A stretch of DNA of 63,188 nucleotides, the filler included, from Chiloscyllium plagiosum (taxonomy: Eukaryota): the NCBI RefSeq assembly GCF_004010195.1. It is 10 parts of 5 records of this genome, joined end to end, with 100 filler letters (N's around TTAATTAATTAA, not from the genome) between each part and the next. Parts side by side here need not be neighbours in the genome. Positions count along the whole stretch, not along the records: positions 10,261 to 21,758 come from NW_025214934.1; positions 21,859 to 26,187 come from NW_025214934.1; 8 more parts are not named here. One strand, written 5' to 3'. A program made the translations under genes and the position numbers. Shown piece by piece: positions 13,346-24,739 of the stretch. Each line of letters begins with the position of its first letter. Positions within the stretch are counted from its first letter, which is position 1. The notes under the pieces were generated by a model, which saw only the letters and a program-made list of their open reading frames with translations, had not been told where the DNA came from and did no database searches.

Positions 13346-13645
13346 NTACCAGCCCCCACCACATCCTCTGGCAGCTCATTCCATACCCGTACCACCCTCT
13401 GCGTGAAAAAGTTGCCCCTTAGGTCTCTTTTATATCTTTCCCCTCTCACCCTGAACCTATGGCCTCTAGTCCTGGACTCCTCGACCCCAGGGAAAAGCCT
13501 TTGCCTATTTACCCTATCCATGCCCCCTCATAATTTTATAAACCTCTATAAGGTCACCCCTCAGCCTCTGACACTCCAGGGAAAACAGCCCCAGCCTGTT
13601 CAGCCTCTCCCTGTAGCTCAAATCCTCCAACCCTGGCAACATCCC
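13346..13645 (-). mobile_element. CR1 fragment nested inside the PLE
   Basis: MDRVNRQRLFPGVEESRTRGHRFRVRGERYKRDLRGNFFTQRVVRVWNELP. Confidence 0.85.
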
Positions 13646-13849
13646 AGTGTTAAAGTGCACTTGAGAATGTAACTTTGTAAAAAAAAAGTTTTGCGATTTA
13701 CATATGAAAGAACTGAAACCAACACGGTCATTCTAAAAGATGAGAGACTTAACAAACAATCCGGGTCTTTTTCAATGTATAATTTCGGTTACATCGCACT
13801 GTAAACATTTGCTATAAATTCTATGTCTTACAATCTTATTCTCCACAAC

Positions 13850-13884
13850 CACCTGATGAAAGGGCAGCGCTCCGAAAGCTAGTG
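13850..13884 (+). ncRNA. Minimal hammerhead ribozyme motif (family A, stem II slightly mismatched)
   Basis: cac-CTGATGA-a-agggc(agc)gctcc-GAAA-gc-TA-gtg. Confidence 0.65.
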
Positions 13885-14194
13885 ATTCCAAATAAACCTG
13901 TTGGACTGTAACCTGGCGTTGTGTGATTTCTAACTCCATATTTGCCTTAAAAATAAGAAACGTTAGGGTCGAGGCTACCTTCTTAAAATACTTTATGGGG
14001 GTCTGGCCTGGTCCATAACACACGCCAACAGTATGAGTAAATCGCCCTGTGACGATATCCATCCCGGTCCCCTGAGCGTATAACCCTGTCCCACCTGGCC
14101 CAGAATCCTCAGAAACCTGCTGTTCCTCCCACTGAGACCATGGCCAAATGATCACTGCTCCTGTTCTTAGTCTCACCATCACTTCGCCCTCGGA

Positions 14195-15150
14195 ATGACC
14201 CTGAAATTAGACAGGATGGTTGAGAAGGCGTTTAGCACACTTGCCTTTATCGCTCAAACCTTTGAGTACAGGAGTCGGGACGTCATGTTGAGGCTGTACA
14301 GGGCATTGATGAGGCCTTTTCTGGAGCACTGTGTACATTTCTGGTCGCTCTGTTATAGGAGGGATATTATTAAAATGGAGAGGGTTTCAGAAAGCAGTTG
14401 CCAGAATGTTGCCAGGAATTTCCGTGATAAAAATAGGCTGGGACTTTTGTCACTGGAGCACAGGTGACCTTGCAGAGGTCTATAAACTAACGAGAGGCGT
14501 AGATTAAGTCATGATCATAGCATCCCTACAGTGTGGAAACACGCCCTTCGACCCAGCAAGTCCCCTCTGAAGAGTATCCCATCCAGACGCTATTACTCTA
14601 CATTTACCCCTGACTAATGCACCTAACCTACACATCCCTGAACACTACGGGCAATTTAGCACAACCAGTTCACCCTAATCTGTGCATCTTTGGATTGTGG
14701 GAGGAAACCAGAGCACCCGGAGGAAACCCACGCAGACACGGGGGGAATGTTCAAACTCCACACAGACAGTCTCCCGAGGCTGGAATCGAACCCGGGTCCC
14801 TGGCGGTGTGAGGCAGCAGTGCTAACCACTGAGCCACTGTGTCACCCATGAATAACGAGGGCCTTTTCCCAAGAGTGGGCGAGTGCAAAACTAGGGGGCA
14901 TAGTTTTAAAGTGAGAAGGGAAAGTTTTTAAAGGGATATGAGGGCCAACCGTTTTGTACAGGGAGTGGTTTGTGTGTGGAATGAACTGCCAGAGGAAGTG
15001 GCAGATGCAAATTCGGTTGCATTTAAAAGACATTTGGATAAGTACATGAATAGGAAAGGGATAGGGGCCAAACGCAGACATGGGGACGAGTTTAGTTTGG
15101 GAACATGTTCAGGAAGGGTCTGTTTCCATGCTGTATGGCCCTATGACTTC
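14195..15150 (+). mobile_element. CR1 3' fragment interrupted by a SINE
   Basis: EKAFSTLAFIAQTFEYRSRDVMLRLYRAL..; it resumes at about 14850 with VWNELPEEV and ends in a ctatgact tail. Confidence 0.8.
14512..14843 (-). mobile_element. HE1-type V-SINE
   Basis: Reverse complement of the HE1 head (..gcagcagtgctaaccactgagcca) and V-domain. Confidence 0.88.
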
Positions 15151-15274
15151 ACTGTTCTTGAGGTCCTGCTGTTTAAGTTCATTCCTAACTCCCCAAAACC
15201 TGCCTCAGAACCTCCTTCCTGTATAACCGGTGCCTGTGTGGACCGTGGCGTTTAGCTGATTCCTCTCTGGCACG

Positions 15275-15582
15275 GGGTGGCACGGTGGCTCAGTGGTTAG
15301 CACTGCTGCCTCACAGCACCAGGGACCCAGGTTCGATTCCAGCCTCGGGCGACTGTCTGTGTAGAGTTTGCACATTCTCTGTGTGGGTTTCCTCCCACAA
15401 TCCAACGATATGCAGGTTAGGTGGATTGGCCATGCTAAATTGCCCGTTGCGTTCGTCAGGGGTAAATATAGGGTAGGGGAATGGGTCTGGGTGGGTGACT
15501 CTTCGACGGGTCTGTGTGGACTTTTTTGGGCCGGAGTGGGGGTGGGGGGGCCTGTTTCCATACAGTAGGGAATCTAATCTAA
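15275..15582 (+). mobile_element. HE1-type V-SINE
   Basis: ggcacggtggctcagtggttagcactgctgcctcacagcaccagggaccc.. with an aatct tail. Confidence 0.9.
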
Positions 15583-15959
15583 ATCCCCTGGGAGAATGTT
15601 CCGCAGCTGCACTGTGATATCCCTGACCCCGGCAGAAGGGGGGCAATTGGCGGGCATTTGTGTGGCGTGAATGTTAGGTAACACTTGTCACCTGCAGCCT
15701 GGACGTTGTCCAGATCTTGTCACATTTGAACATGGACTGCTTCAGTACCTGTCGGGTGAATATCCCTGTGCGGCTGGAGTGATTTACTCACCTCCAGCAT
15801 CAAAGAGATAACTGAAATAACACAGATGGTAAGAAACCTCAGGGAATCACAGGCTTCTCCAAAGAACAAAGAGACAGCATGTATCTTTATACATTTATTC
15901 TCATCCACCTTTTACATTTACAGACCGATCATTTCGTTAATTCATGATCGATTAAATAA

Positions 15960-16191
15960 AGTTTTCACCCAGAGGGTGGTACGTGTATGGAATGAGCTGC
16001 CAGAGGATGTGGTGGGGGCTGGTACAATTGCAACGTTTAAGAGGCATTTGGATGGGTATATGAATAGGAGGGTTTGGGGGGATATGGGCGGGTGCTGGCA
16101 GGTGGGACTAGATTGGTTTGGGATATCTGGTCAGCATGGACGGGTTGGACCGAAGGGTCTGTTTCCATGCTGTACATCTCTATGACTCTAT
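15960..16191 (+). mobile_element. CR1 3' end
   Basis: FTQRVVRVWNELPEDVV..; 3' UTR ending in tgtacatctctatgactcta. Confidence 0.88.
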
Positions 16192-16323
16192 AATTCACAT
16201 GAGTGTATGATTGATGATGGACAGCCCCAGGGACAACTCCAAACTTTTCCACAATCTCACTGTGTTTACTGAACTTGCTTAGCTTTATCTTTGGGTCTTT
16301 TACAATGTGTTCATTGAAGCCCT

Positions 16324-16535
16324 GGGGGGAGGTTTCGCTCAGTTGGCTGGACGGTTGGTTTGTGAAGGAGTGTGATGCTAATAGTGTGGGCTCAATTGCC
16401 ACGCCAGCTGTGGTTGTTATGAAGGACTCTCCTTCCCAACCTCTCCCCTTGCTGACCCTCGGATTAGATCGCCTCGCGTTGTCTCTCTCTAATGAGCCCT
16501 GTGGTCTGGTAAGACTACGGTGACTTGACTTGTTC
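16324..16535 (+). mobile_element. Second SINE-like repeat with a tRNA-like head
   Basis: gctcagttggctggacgg (A-box-like) and gggctcaattgcc (B-box-like). The body is distinct from HE1. Confidence 0.45.
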
Positions 16536-16667
16536 ATTCAACTCAAATTCCAGTACCTGCACAATCTGAGATTCTATGCTCCCCGTGATGATACAGGGAT
16601 TGTTCCTCATCATCTGGGACTGTGTTACTGAATGAAATCTCTTGAATGATTTTTGTGTGTTTATAAA

Positions 16668-16935
16668 AGAGACCCGGGTTCAATTCCCGCCTCAGGCGAC
16701 TGACTGTGTGGAGTTTGCACGTTCTCCCCGTGTCTGTGTGGGTTTCCTCCGGGTGCTCCGGTTTCCTCCCACAGTCCAAAGATGTGCAGGTCAGGTGAAT
16801 TGGCCATGCTAAATTGCCCGTAGTGTTAGGTAAAGGGGTAAATGTAGGGGTCTGGGTGGGTTGCGCTTTGGCGGGTCGGTGTGGACTTGTTGAGCCGAAG
16901 GGCCTGTTTCCACACTATAATCTAATCTAATCTAC
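16668..16935 (+). mobile_element. HE1-type V-SINE (5' truncated)
   Basis: gacccgggttcaattcccgcctcaggcgactgactgtgtggagtttgcac.. with a (tctaa)n tail. Confidence 0.88.
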
Positions 16936-17632
16936 TTCAGCATTTGTGTTTATTATTATTTGAAGAGTCTAAAATCTGTACATCTCTATGACTCTACTGC
17001 CATAACAGATTGACTAATTAAAGATTCACTAACCAAATGTGGAATGCTTTATGTGAAATGTTCTTATCAATGTCTCTTTCATAAATAACTGCAGTTGCAC
17101 ATTAATCCTACTGTGCTGTCTCAATCCGGTTAGCTTGGGTCGACAGAGTTACTATCTAGTCTATATTAAGCAAATATTTTCCCAAGCTTCCTCAGACTAC
17201 AGTCAGCCATGTTCTGCTGCCTTTGCCATGGGCGGCCATTTTGTCCTGCTCAGTGTTACCACGCGGAGGTCGAGCCCCCCCGGTAATTAAAACCAAACGC
17301 CCAGAAAGGTCACCTCACCCCGCAAGCTATTAAAAATATGAGTGAGCGAAAGCGAACTCCTAATTTAAACAAAATCAACAAGTTATTTCCTAACTCTAAA
17401 AGTGAACACTAAACAAAACTATTAACAAAGCGATCACCCTAACTAACCACTATCCCTTCAACTGAACACAAATCTATTAACATACTGTTCCTGTAACACA
17501 ATTATTAAACATTCCAGTAGGTTAATCTCAAGTGCACACATTCTTTCTGCTGTCTTCCTTCGGGACTTTTGATTCCACCATCTTCTCTCTACGTCTTCTC
17601 TCTTTTTACTGGAAAATGTACCTTTAATAGAT

Positions 17633-18680
17633 TTTTTTTTCAAAAATATACTTTATTCATAAAATACTTTGATGGTCTGTACAGTTGGACATGCCATACA
17701 TATGTAAACATTCCATTTGTTTTCATACCGAAACAGAGTAATCATTCCTATTTACAGGTCTGTACGATTACATTTTGAGCTGAGGCGTCAGCAGAGCCCA
17801 AATGACCACATGGGCCACCTGTTCTTCTTTAGGCAGGCAGATGTTACACAGTGATCTTTCCCCACCGCGCCTTGGCAGCAGNNNNNNNNNNNNNNNNNNN
17901 NNNNNNNNNNNNNNNNNNNNNNNNNNNNNNNNNNNNNNNNNNNNNNNNNNNNNNNNNNNNNNNNNNNNNNNNNNNNNNNNNNNNNNNNNNNNNNNNNNNN
18001 NNNNNNNNNNNNNNNNNNNNNNNNNNNNNNNNNNNNNNNNNNNNNNNNNNNNNNNNNNNNNNNNNNNNNNNNNNNNNNNNNNNNNNNNNNNNNNNNNNNN
18101 NNNNNNNNNNNNNNNNNNNNNNNNNNNNNNNNNNNNNNNNNNNNNNNNNNNNNNNNNNNNNNNNNNNNNNNNNNNNNNNNNNNNNNNNNNNNNNNNNNNN
18201 NNNNNNNNNNNNNNNNNNNNNNNNNNNNNNNNNNNNNNNNNNNNNNNNNNNNNNNNNNNNNNNNNNNNNNNNNNNNNNNNTTTCGCGGCAGCGAGGCCAG
18301 GCCCATCCTTCGCAACACCGGTGGCAGGTAGAACCTCAGTACGTAGTGACACTTGGTGTTTGCGTACCGGGGATCCACGCACAGCTTGATGCAACCACAC
18401 ACAAAGGTGGCCATCATGGTGAGGGTGGCATTGGGTGTATTTTTTCCCCCGTTGCCCAGATCTTTGTACAGCGAGTCCCTTCGGACCCGGTCCATCTTTG
18501 ACCTCCATATAAACTGGAAGATGGCCCGGGTGACTGCAGCGGCACAGGTTCTGGGAATAGGCCAGACCTGTGCCACGTATAACAGCAATGACAGTGCCTC
18601 ACACCTGATGACCAGGTTTTTTCCCGCGATGGAGAGCGACCGTAGCGTCCATCTGCCCAGTTTCTGCCTCACTTTGCACT
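17633..18680 (-). mobile_element. Tx1/L1-clade LINE 3' part
   Basis: LGRWTLRSLSIAGKNLVIRCEALSLLLYVAQV..FQFIWRSKMDRVRR..GGKNTPN. The minus-strand AATAAA and poly(A) lie at 17633-17660. Confidence 0.85.
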
Positions 18681-18684
18681 TCAA

Positions 18685-18945
18685 GATCTTTGCTCCGCAA
18701 CTCTCACCAGAACCCTACCATTAAGTGCATCAATCCTGCTCTGATTTGTCTTACCCAAATGCAGCACCTCACATTTATCTAAATTAAACTCCAGATGCCA
18801 CCCCTCAGCCCATTGGCCCATCTGATCAAGATCCCATTGTTCTCTGAGGTAACCTTCTTCGCTGTCCACGACATCTCTAATTTTGGTGTCATCTCCAAAC
18901 CTACGAACGACGCCTCCGAAATTCACATTCAAATCCTTTATATAA
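18685..18945 (-). mobile_element. CR1 RT fragment
   Basis: RFGDDTKI..WAEGWHLEFNLDKCEVLHLG. Confidence 0.85.
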
Positions 18946-19349
18946 ATGTTGTTTTGTTTTGCTCTGAAGAAGTATCTGCCTTGTAAAATAAATAGTTAAG
19001 TATTTTGTTTCAGCTAAAAAACTGTTGTCTGGAGTTGATTACACTCACAGTCTGAAATTAATCATTTAAAAAAACCTAGTTATGAACCATTTGGAGATCC
19101 TCAGAAGGTTTTGGTTTGCCTGTGTTGTGAATACAGAGGGAGGGAGGCTAACTTCATGTTGGCTGTCTGGTCTCCATGTTGTAATCCCTCGTATTTATCT
19201 ACCTCCCCTATCCGCTTAGAGTCAATAAACTGCAACCTTCATACATTCTGCAACATTCTGCAGACCTCCATCGGATAAAAAGGGTCAATTTTCAGTTTCC
19301 ACCAGCAAAGCTGAGATGCTTTCAGTGGTTCACAGAGACGTGGTTACAG

Positions 19350-19600
19350 GGAGGTCAGGGCTGGCAGTTAAACATCCAAGGGTTTCAACTTACCGAAAAG
19401 ACAGGGAGGTGGGCAGAGGGGGCGGGGTTGCCTTGTTAGTTAAGAACAAAATTAAATCTATGGCACTGACGATGTGGAGTCTGTGTGGGTGGAATTGAGG
19501 AACCACAAAGGCAAAAAAACCATAATGGGAGTTATGTACAGACCTCCTAACAGTGGTCAGGACCAGGGGCACAACATGTACCGGGAAATAGAAAAGGCAT
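19350..19600 (+). mobile_element. CR1 AP-endonuclease fragment
   Basis: TYRKDREVGRGGGVALLVK, followed by ggagttatgtacagacctcctaac (GVMYRPPN). Confidence 0.75.
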
Positions 19601-20166
19601 GTGTTTTATAAATTCTCAAGGATCGGGTTCGCAGGAGAGTAGTCTGACACAGACCAGGAGAAAAGAACTGAGAGACGAGTTTGCTAGAATATAAGTATTT
19701 TATTCCCCGCAGTGTCGCCTCAACCAGGTCTCGTACTTACAACGGGTCTGGTTTATACTCACTCTACATGTTACCGGAACTGGGAGCCGTCAGTTCTCGT
19801 AGAGCGGTTGCCAACAACCCACGCTCGGCGGTTAAACGTAACCCGGAGCAGACTCTACCGAACTGGGGACTTTCCCAGCTTATATACTCTTTCGAGATCT
19901 AAACATTCATGCGAACAACAGGGCAAGACTAAGCAACACCTTCCATTCCGGTAACATATTCATGCGAACAACAGGGCAAGACTAAGCAACACCTTCCATT
20001 CCGGTAACATATTCATGCGAACAACAGGGCAAGACTAAGCAACACCTTCCATTCCGGTAACATATTCATGCGAACAACAGGGCAAGACTAAGCAACACCT
20101 TCCATTCCGGTAACATATTCATAATAAGATTCACACATGTATTGGGACATAATTTTAACCCTTTCA
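19600..20166 (-). mobile_element. ERV-type solo LTR with a 4x53-bp U3 tandem repeat
   Basis: Minus strand starts TGAAAGGGTTAA (20166) and ends ..AAAACACA. It has a TATA-like box at about 19880, AATAAA at about 19700, and a 53-bp repeat at 19905-20121. Confidence 0.65.
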
Positions 20167-20169
20167 CCA

Positions 20170-20370
20170 CAGAATTGCATGCAATATTCCAACAGTGGCC
20201 TAGCCAATGTCCTGTACAGCCGCAACATGATGTCCCAACTCTTGTACTCAGTACTCTGACCAATAAAAGAAAGCATACCAAATGCCTTCTTCACTATCCT
20301 ATCTACCTGCAACTCCACTTTCAAGGAGCTATGAACTTGCATTCCAAGGTCTCTTTGTTCAGCAACACTC
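20170..20370 (-). mobile_element. CR1 RT fragment
   Basis: QVHSSLKVELQVDRIVKKAFGMLSFIGQSTEYKSW.. Confidence 0.85.
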
Positions 20371-20371
20371 T

Positions 20372-21558
20372 ATTGGATCACAATTCTCTATTATTTTGCT
20401 TCAAATCACCCCTACCAATCTGCTGGCTTTCTAAGTAGGTCTATCGGCGCTTGTAGTAAAACAATTTCCCCTTACTTATTTTGCCCCATCTATTCAGGCC
20501 CTCGTCTCCCGCGAGGTGGTATCTATAGGGTCTTATATTTATCATGTGAAATTTTATTATCACCACATAGAATTTTTATTAGTACCTTGTGGAATTTTCA
20601 CTGCCACCATGTGGACTTTTATTAACACCATGTGGAATTTTTACTCAGGCAATTGCTACATTCTATTCTTACTCACCTCTTACCCCACTGCGCAGTCTTC
20701 TTGACCAATTCTCCACGTCTCCTTCAGCCGCAATTTTCCCATCGCCTTTGGACCTTGGATTGGAGAGACCTTCCGGCAGGTTTCCGCACTCTGAGTCCCC
20801 AAGGACTGTCCCAAGCCAACAGAATAAAGTCCAAATTCACAGCAAAAATGCTAACCTGTTTTTGTTGGGTACCCTTATTCTGTCAGTCTCCGGAGTGCCC
20901 CCAGTGGACCGAGAAGCAGCCTATTACTGCCACCCTCTTTCCAGGTAGGTCTCTGCGTGACCCTGCTCATAGCGCCAAATTTGACATGGAATAAATGTAC
21001 GGAAGCATCAGGAGACGCAGAGAATTCTTCAAGGAGTAGGTCTTGTATTTGCAAACAAAAAACCGTGACACTCAGAAAGCAGATTCTTGAATACCCACGA
21101 ACTTCAGAGTAACTGGTTCTTTATATCTTTTTTATCATGTTTTTGTTAGCTTATCAGCATGTCCAACTATGCTAATCAAAAGTACCACACTCTAGCTATA
21201 CAATAAACCAGTGATGTTAGTTCCCATTTTCTCTTTAGTTGTGTCACTGTCGTTTTTCCTACATTCTACTTATTGTTATTCTAATGTCACGATTAGATAT
21301 TTTACTGTCAAGGGTCTCAAGCAGGCTGACTCTACTAACTATTAATTAAATATTTAATGTCATGTCCCAAACATTTATTATTACAACATATTCCAAACCT
21401 GCCATGATATTGTTTAGCAGGCGAGGCTGAATCCTGCCACAGTGACCTTTTGACTAGTGTAGCATTCCACAGATCCCCTTGCAACAGATCGCCAGTGGTC
21501 TTCATGCTTTAACCCTTCTGTCCTTGCTAACTTTTCTGCGTGACATCAGTCCTCACAC
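20372..21558 (-). mobile_element. ERV 5' end: LTR (~20982-21558), tRNA-Ser-like PBS (20960-20977), leader and degenerate gag start
   Basis: Minus strand reads ..TGTCA-aatt-TGGCGCTATGAGCAGGGT. ATG GGG CAA (MGQ) starts at 20489. The LTR 5' boundary is uncertain. Confidence 0.6.
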
Positions 21559-21858
21559 CCACTCAATTTTCACCAAGGCAAATAATTGGCAGAATGAGTA
21601 GACTTCAGGGTTGACAGGCTTACTGTAGAGGAGATGGGCCTATGCAGTCTCCAATCATCCAGTGCTACATCTGAGCACAGCTCATTTTACTGAAGAGGAA
21701 GTGGTGGTGCACTGGTAATATCTCTTGACCAGAGATCCATGATAATGTAATGTGATAANNNNNNNNNNNNNNNNNNNNNNNNNNNNNNNNNNNNNNNNNN
21801 NNTTAATTAATTAANNNNNNNNNNNNNNNNNNNNNNNNNNNNNNNNNNNNNNNNNNNN

Positions 21859-23131
21859 GATAATTACATCTACAGGAAGTATCTCGGATAATCACATCTA
21901 CAGGAAGAATCTCTGATAATCACATCTACAGGAAGTATCTCGGATAATCACATCTACAGGAAGAATCTCTGATAATCACATCTACAGGAAGTATCTCGGA
22001 TAATCACATCTACAGGAAGAATCTCTGATAATCACATCTACAGGAAGTATCTCGGATAATCACATCTACAGGAAGAATCTCTGATAATCACATCTACAGG
22101 AAGTATCTCGGATAATCACATCTACAGGAAGAATCTCTGATAATCACATCTACAGGAAGTATCTCGGATAATCACATCTACAGGAAGAATCTCTGATAAT
22201 CACATCTACAGGAAGTATCTCGGATAATCACATCTACAGGAAGAATCTCTGATAATCACATCTACAGGAAGTATCTCGGATAATCACATCTACAGGAAGA
22301 ATCTCTGATAATCACATCTACAGGAAGTATCTCGGATAATCACATCTACAGGAAGAATCTCTGATAATCACATCTACAGGAAGTATCTCGGATAATCACA
22401 TCTACAGGAAGAATCTCTGATAATCACATCTACAGGATGTATCTCTGTTAATCACATCTACAGGAAGTATCTCTGATAATCACATCTACAGGAAGTATCT
22501 CGGATAATCACATCTACAGGATGTATCTCTGATAATCATATTTACAGCATGTATCTCGGATAATCACATCTACAGGATGTATCTCTGTTAATCACAGCGA
22601 GAGGAAGTATCTCTGATAATCACATCTATAGGAATTATCTCGGATAATCATATTTACAGGATGTATCTCGGATAATCACATCTACAGAAAGTATCTCGGA
22701 TAATCACATCTACAGGAAGAATCTCTGATAATCACATCTACAGGATGTATCTCGGATAATCACATCTACAGGAAGTATCTCGGATAATTACATCTACAGA
22801 AAGTATCTCGGATAATCACATCTACAGAAAGTATCTCAGATAATCTCATCTACAGAAAGTATCTCGGATAATCACATCTACAGGAAGTATCTCGGATAAT
22901 CACATCTACAGGAAGAATCTCTGATAATCACATCTACAGAAAGTATCTCGGATAATCACATCTACAGGAAGAATCTCTGATAATCACATCTACAGAAAGT
23001 ATCTCGGATAATTACATCTACAGGAATTATGTCGGTATAATCACATCTACAGGAAGTATCTCGGATAATCACATCTCCAGGAAGTATCTCGGATAATTAC
23101 ATCTACAGGAAGTATCTCGGATAATCACATC
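21859..23131 (+). repeat. 28-bp minisatellite with 56-bp dimeric higher-order structure
   Basis: Alternating units gataatcacatctacaggaagtatctcg and gataatcacatctacaggaagaatctct, about 45 units. Confidence 0.97.
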
Positions 23132-24700
23132 TGCAGGGAGTGCAGTCAACCTCAGCTGCTCATTGAAGCAATGGTTCGGTTTGAGTTATCGTTGGAGACA
23201 CTAAGGAACACACGAGTAGCAAACAGCATTACACACTTGATGGAACTTATCGAAATGTGGCCCCAGTCAAGAGCTCAGGAAGATAGACGGATGACTCGAG
23301 ATGGCACAGGCAGTCAGTACAGTATCTCGGATAATCACATCTACAGGGAGTGCAGTCAACCCCAGCTGCTCATTGAAGCAATGGTTCGGTTTGAGTTAAA
23401 GTTGGAGACACTAAGGAACACACGAGTGGCAAACAGCATTACACACTTGATGGAACTTATCGAAATGTGGCCCCAGTCAAGAGCTCAGGAAGATAGACGG
23501 ATGACTCGAGATGGCACAGGCAGTCAGTACAGGAGTCCCCTGCAGTGGTTCCCCCTGTCAAACAGGAATTCCGTTTGGGATTCCGATGGTGGGGATCCTG
23601 TCCATCAGGGCACAGCAGCAACCAGAGCAATGACACCCCACACCTCCGCTGTCCACTGGGCAGGGGCAAAGTGTAGCAGAGCAACCAGAATTGGAGATTG
23701 ATTAGACGTTTCACAGGTTCTGGGGCTGCAAGAGCGACTCTAAGATGGTATGATGCCTCTCTGGTGCCAGGGTCATGGATGTCTCTGAGACAAAAAAACT
23801 GCAGATGCTGGAATCCGAGGTAGACAGGCAGGAGGCTGGGATAACACAGCACGGCCGGCAACATCAGGCTGGGGCTGTTTTCCCTGGAGTGTCAGAGGCT
23901 GAGGGGTGACCTTATAGAGGTTTATAAAATCCTGAGGGATATGGATAGGATAAATAGGCAAGATCTTTTCCCTGGGGTCGGGGAGTCCAGAACTAGAGGG
24001 CATAGCTGGTCAGCATGGACAGGTTGGACCGAAGGGTCTGTTTCCGTGCTGTACATCTCTATGACTCTAAGTCATGGTTCAGACTTAGAGTCTGGACTGA
24101 GGGAGGTGGCAGAGTTATTGCTGAGTCAGGAGATTACTTCCCGTTTGTGCTGACGCCACGGTTACCCTACAGCGTTCAGTCACTCTGCTGCGGAGGCCCT
24201 TCTGTAGGTCATAACGAAGATTTTATTTTTAATTCTTTAATTCCACCTGAAACGTTGACTTCTCCACCTCCTGATGCCGCCTGGCTTACTTGTGTCCTCC
24301 CAGCCTCCTGCCCGCCTCCCTCTGAGAGGGGACAGGACATCCTGAAATGGGAGGGTAGACAGACAGAAGTCATTGTCCATATTGGCACAAATGACACAGG
24401 TCGGAAGAGTGACTGGGCCCTGCAACGACAATTCCAGGAGTTAGGCAGTGAACTCAACAGCAGGACCGCTCAGGATTACCCCCACCCACCCCCCGCCATA
24501 ACACATGCGACTGAGGCTAGGAACTGTGACACAGTTGCCTTGGATCCTGTGGCTAATGAGCTGGGGTTAGGAGGGAGCACCTCAGGCATGTAGATCATTG
24601 GGATGTCTTTCTGGCCCAGGTGGAATCTCTACAAGGAGGGGCGGGTTACCCCTAAACTGGAGGGCACCAGTATCCTGGCGGATACGCAGTCAGGTTCTGG
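23111..24700 (+). mobile_element. CR1 ORF1 remnant (zinc-finger/leucine zipper and SGNH esterase) with a 210-bp tandem duplication and a nested insertion
   Basis: DNHICREC..QLL..ELSLETLR; PLSNRNSVWDSDGGD; SERGQDILKWEGRQTEVIVHIGTND. Duplicated units are 23111-23320 and 23321-23530. Confidence 0.75.
23791..24319. mobile_element. PLE-derived (family C) inverted-end insertion carrying a CR1 3' fragment; 8-bp TSD ctctgaga
   Basis: TSD at 23783-23790 and 24320-24327. The ends (gcaggaggctggga.. and ..tcccagcctcctgc) are inverted. A CR1 3' piece lies at 23866-24070. Confidence 0.65.
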
Positions 24701-24739
24701 GAAGATGTGAAAATAACAGCAGCATCCTCGTGGTGAGTG

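Larger units (their letters stand above)
11963..13932. mobile_element. Penelope-like element (family A) with inverted termini, each with a hammerhead motif; internal (TG)n-rich tract and gap
   Basis: 11963-12240 is the reverse complement of 13647-13932. Hammerhead cores lie at 12008-12042 (-) and 13850-13884 (+). Confidence 0.8.
17254..19348 (-). mobile_element. Possible Gypsy-type solo LTR disrupted by Tx1 and CR1 insertions
   Basis: Termini tgttacc (17254) and ggttaca (19348) form a TG..CA inverted end pair. No TSD was found. Confidence 0.3.

Noticed and set aside
12423..13672. Long ORFs spanning N runs (also at 17.8, 31.7, 44.2 and 57.0 kb)
   Set aside because: They are artefacts of gaps translated as X.
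15275..15350. tRNA-like sequence with A/B boxes
   Set aside because: It is the head of an HE1 SINE, not a tRNA gene; the same applies to the other copies.
21859..23131. 28-bp repeat array of CRISPR-like unit length
   Set aside because: There are no unique spacers and no cas genes, and the context is eukaryotic; it is a head-to-tail minisatellite.
23171..23701. 176-aa ORF with an internal 70-aa repeat
   Set aside because: It is a duplicated, degenerate CR1 ORF1 segment rather than a host gene.
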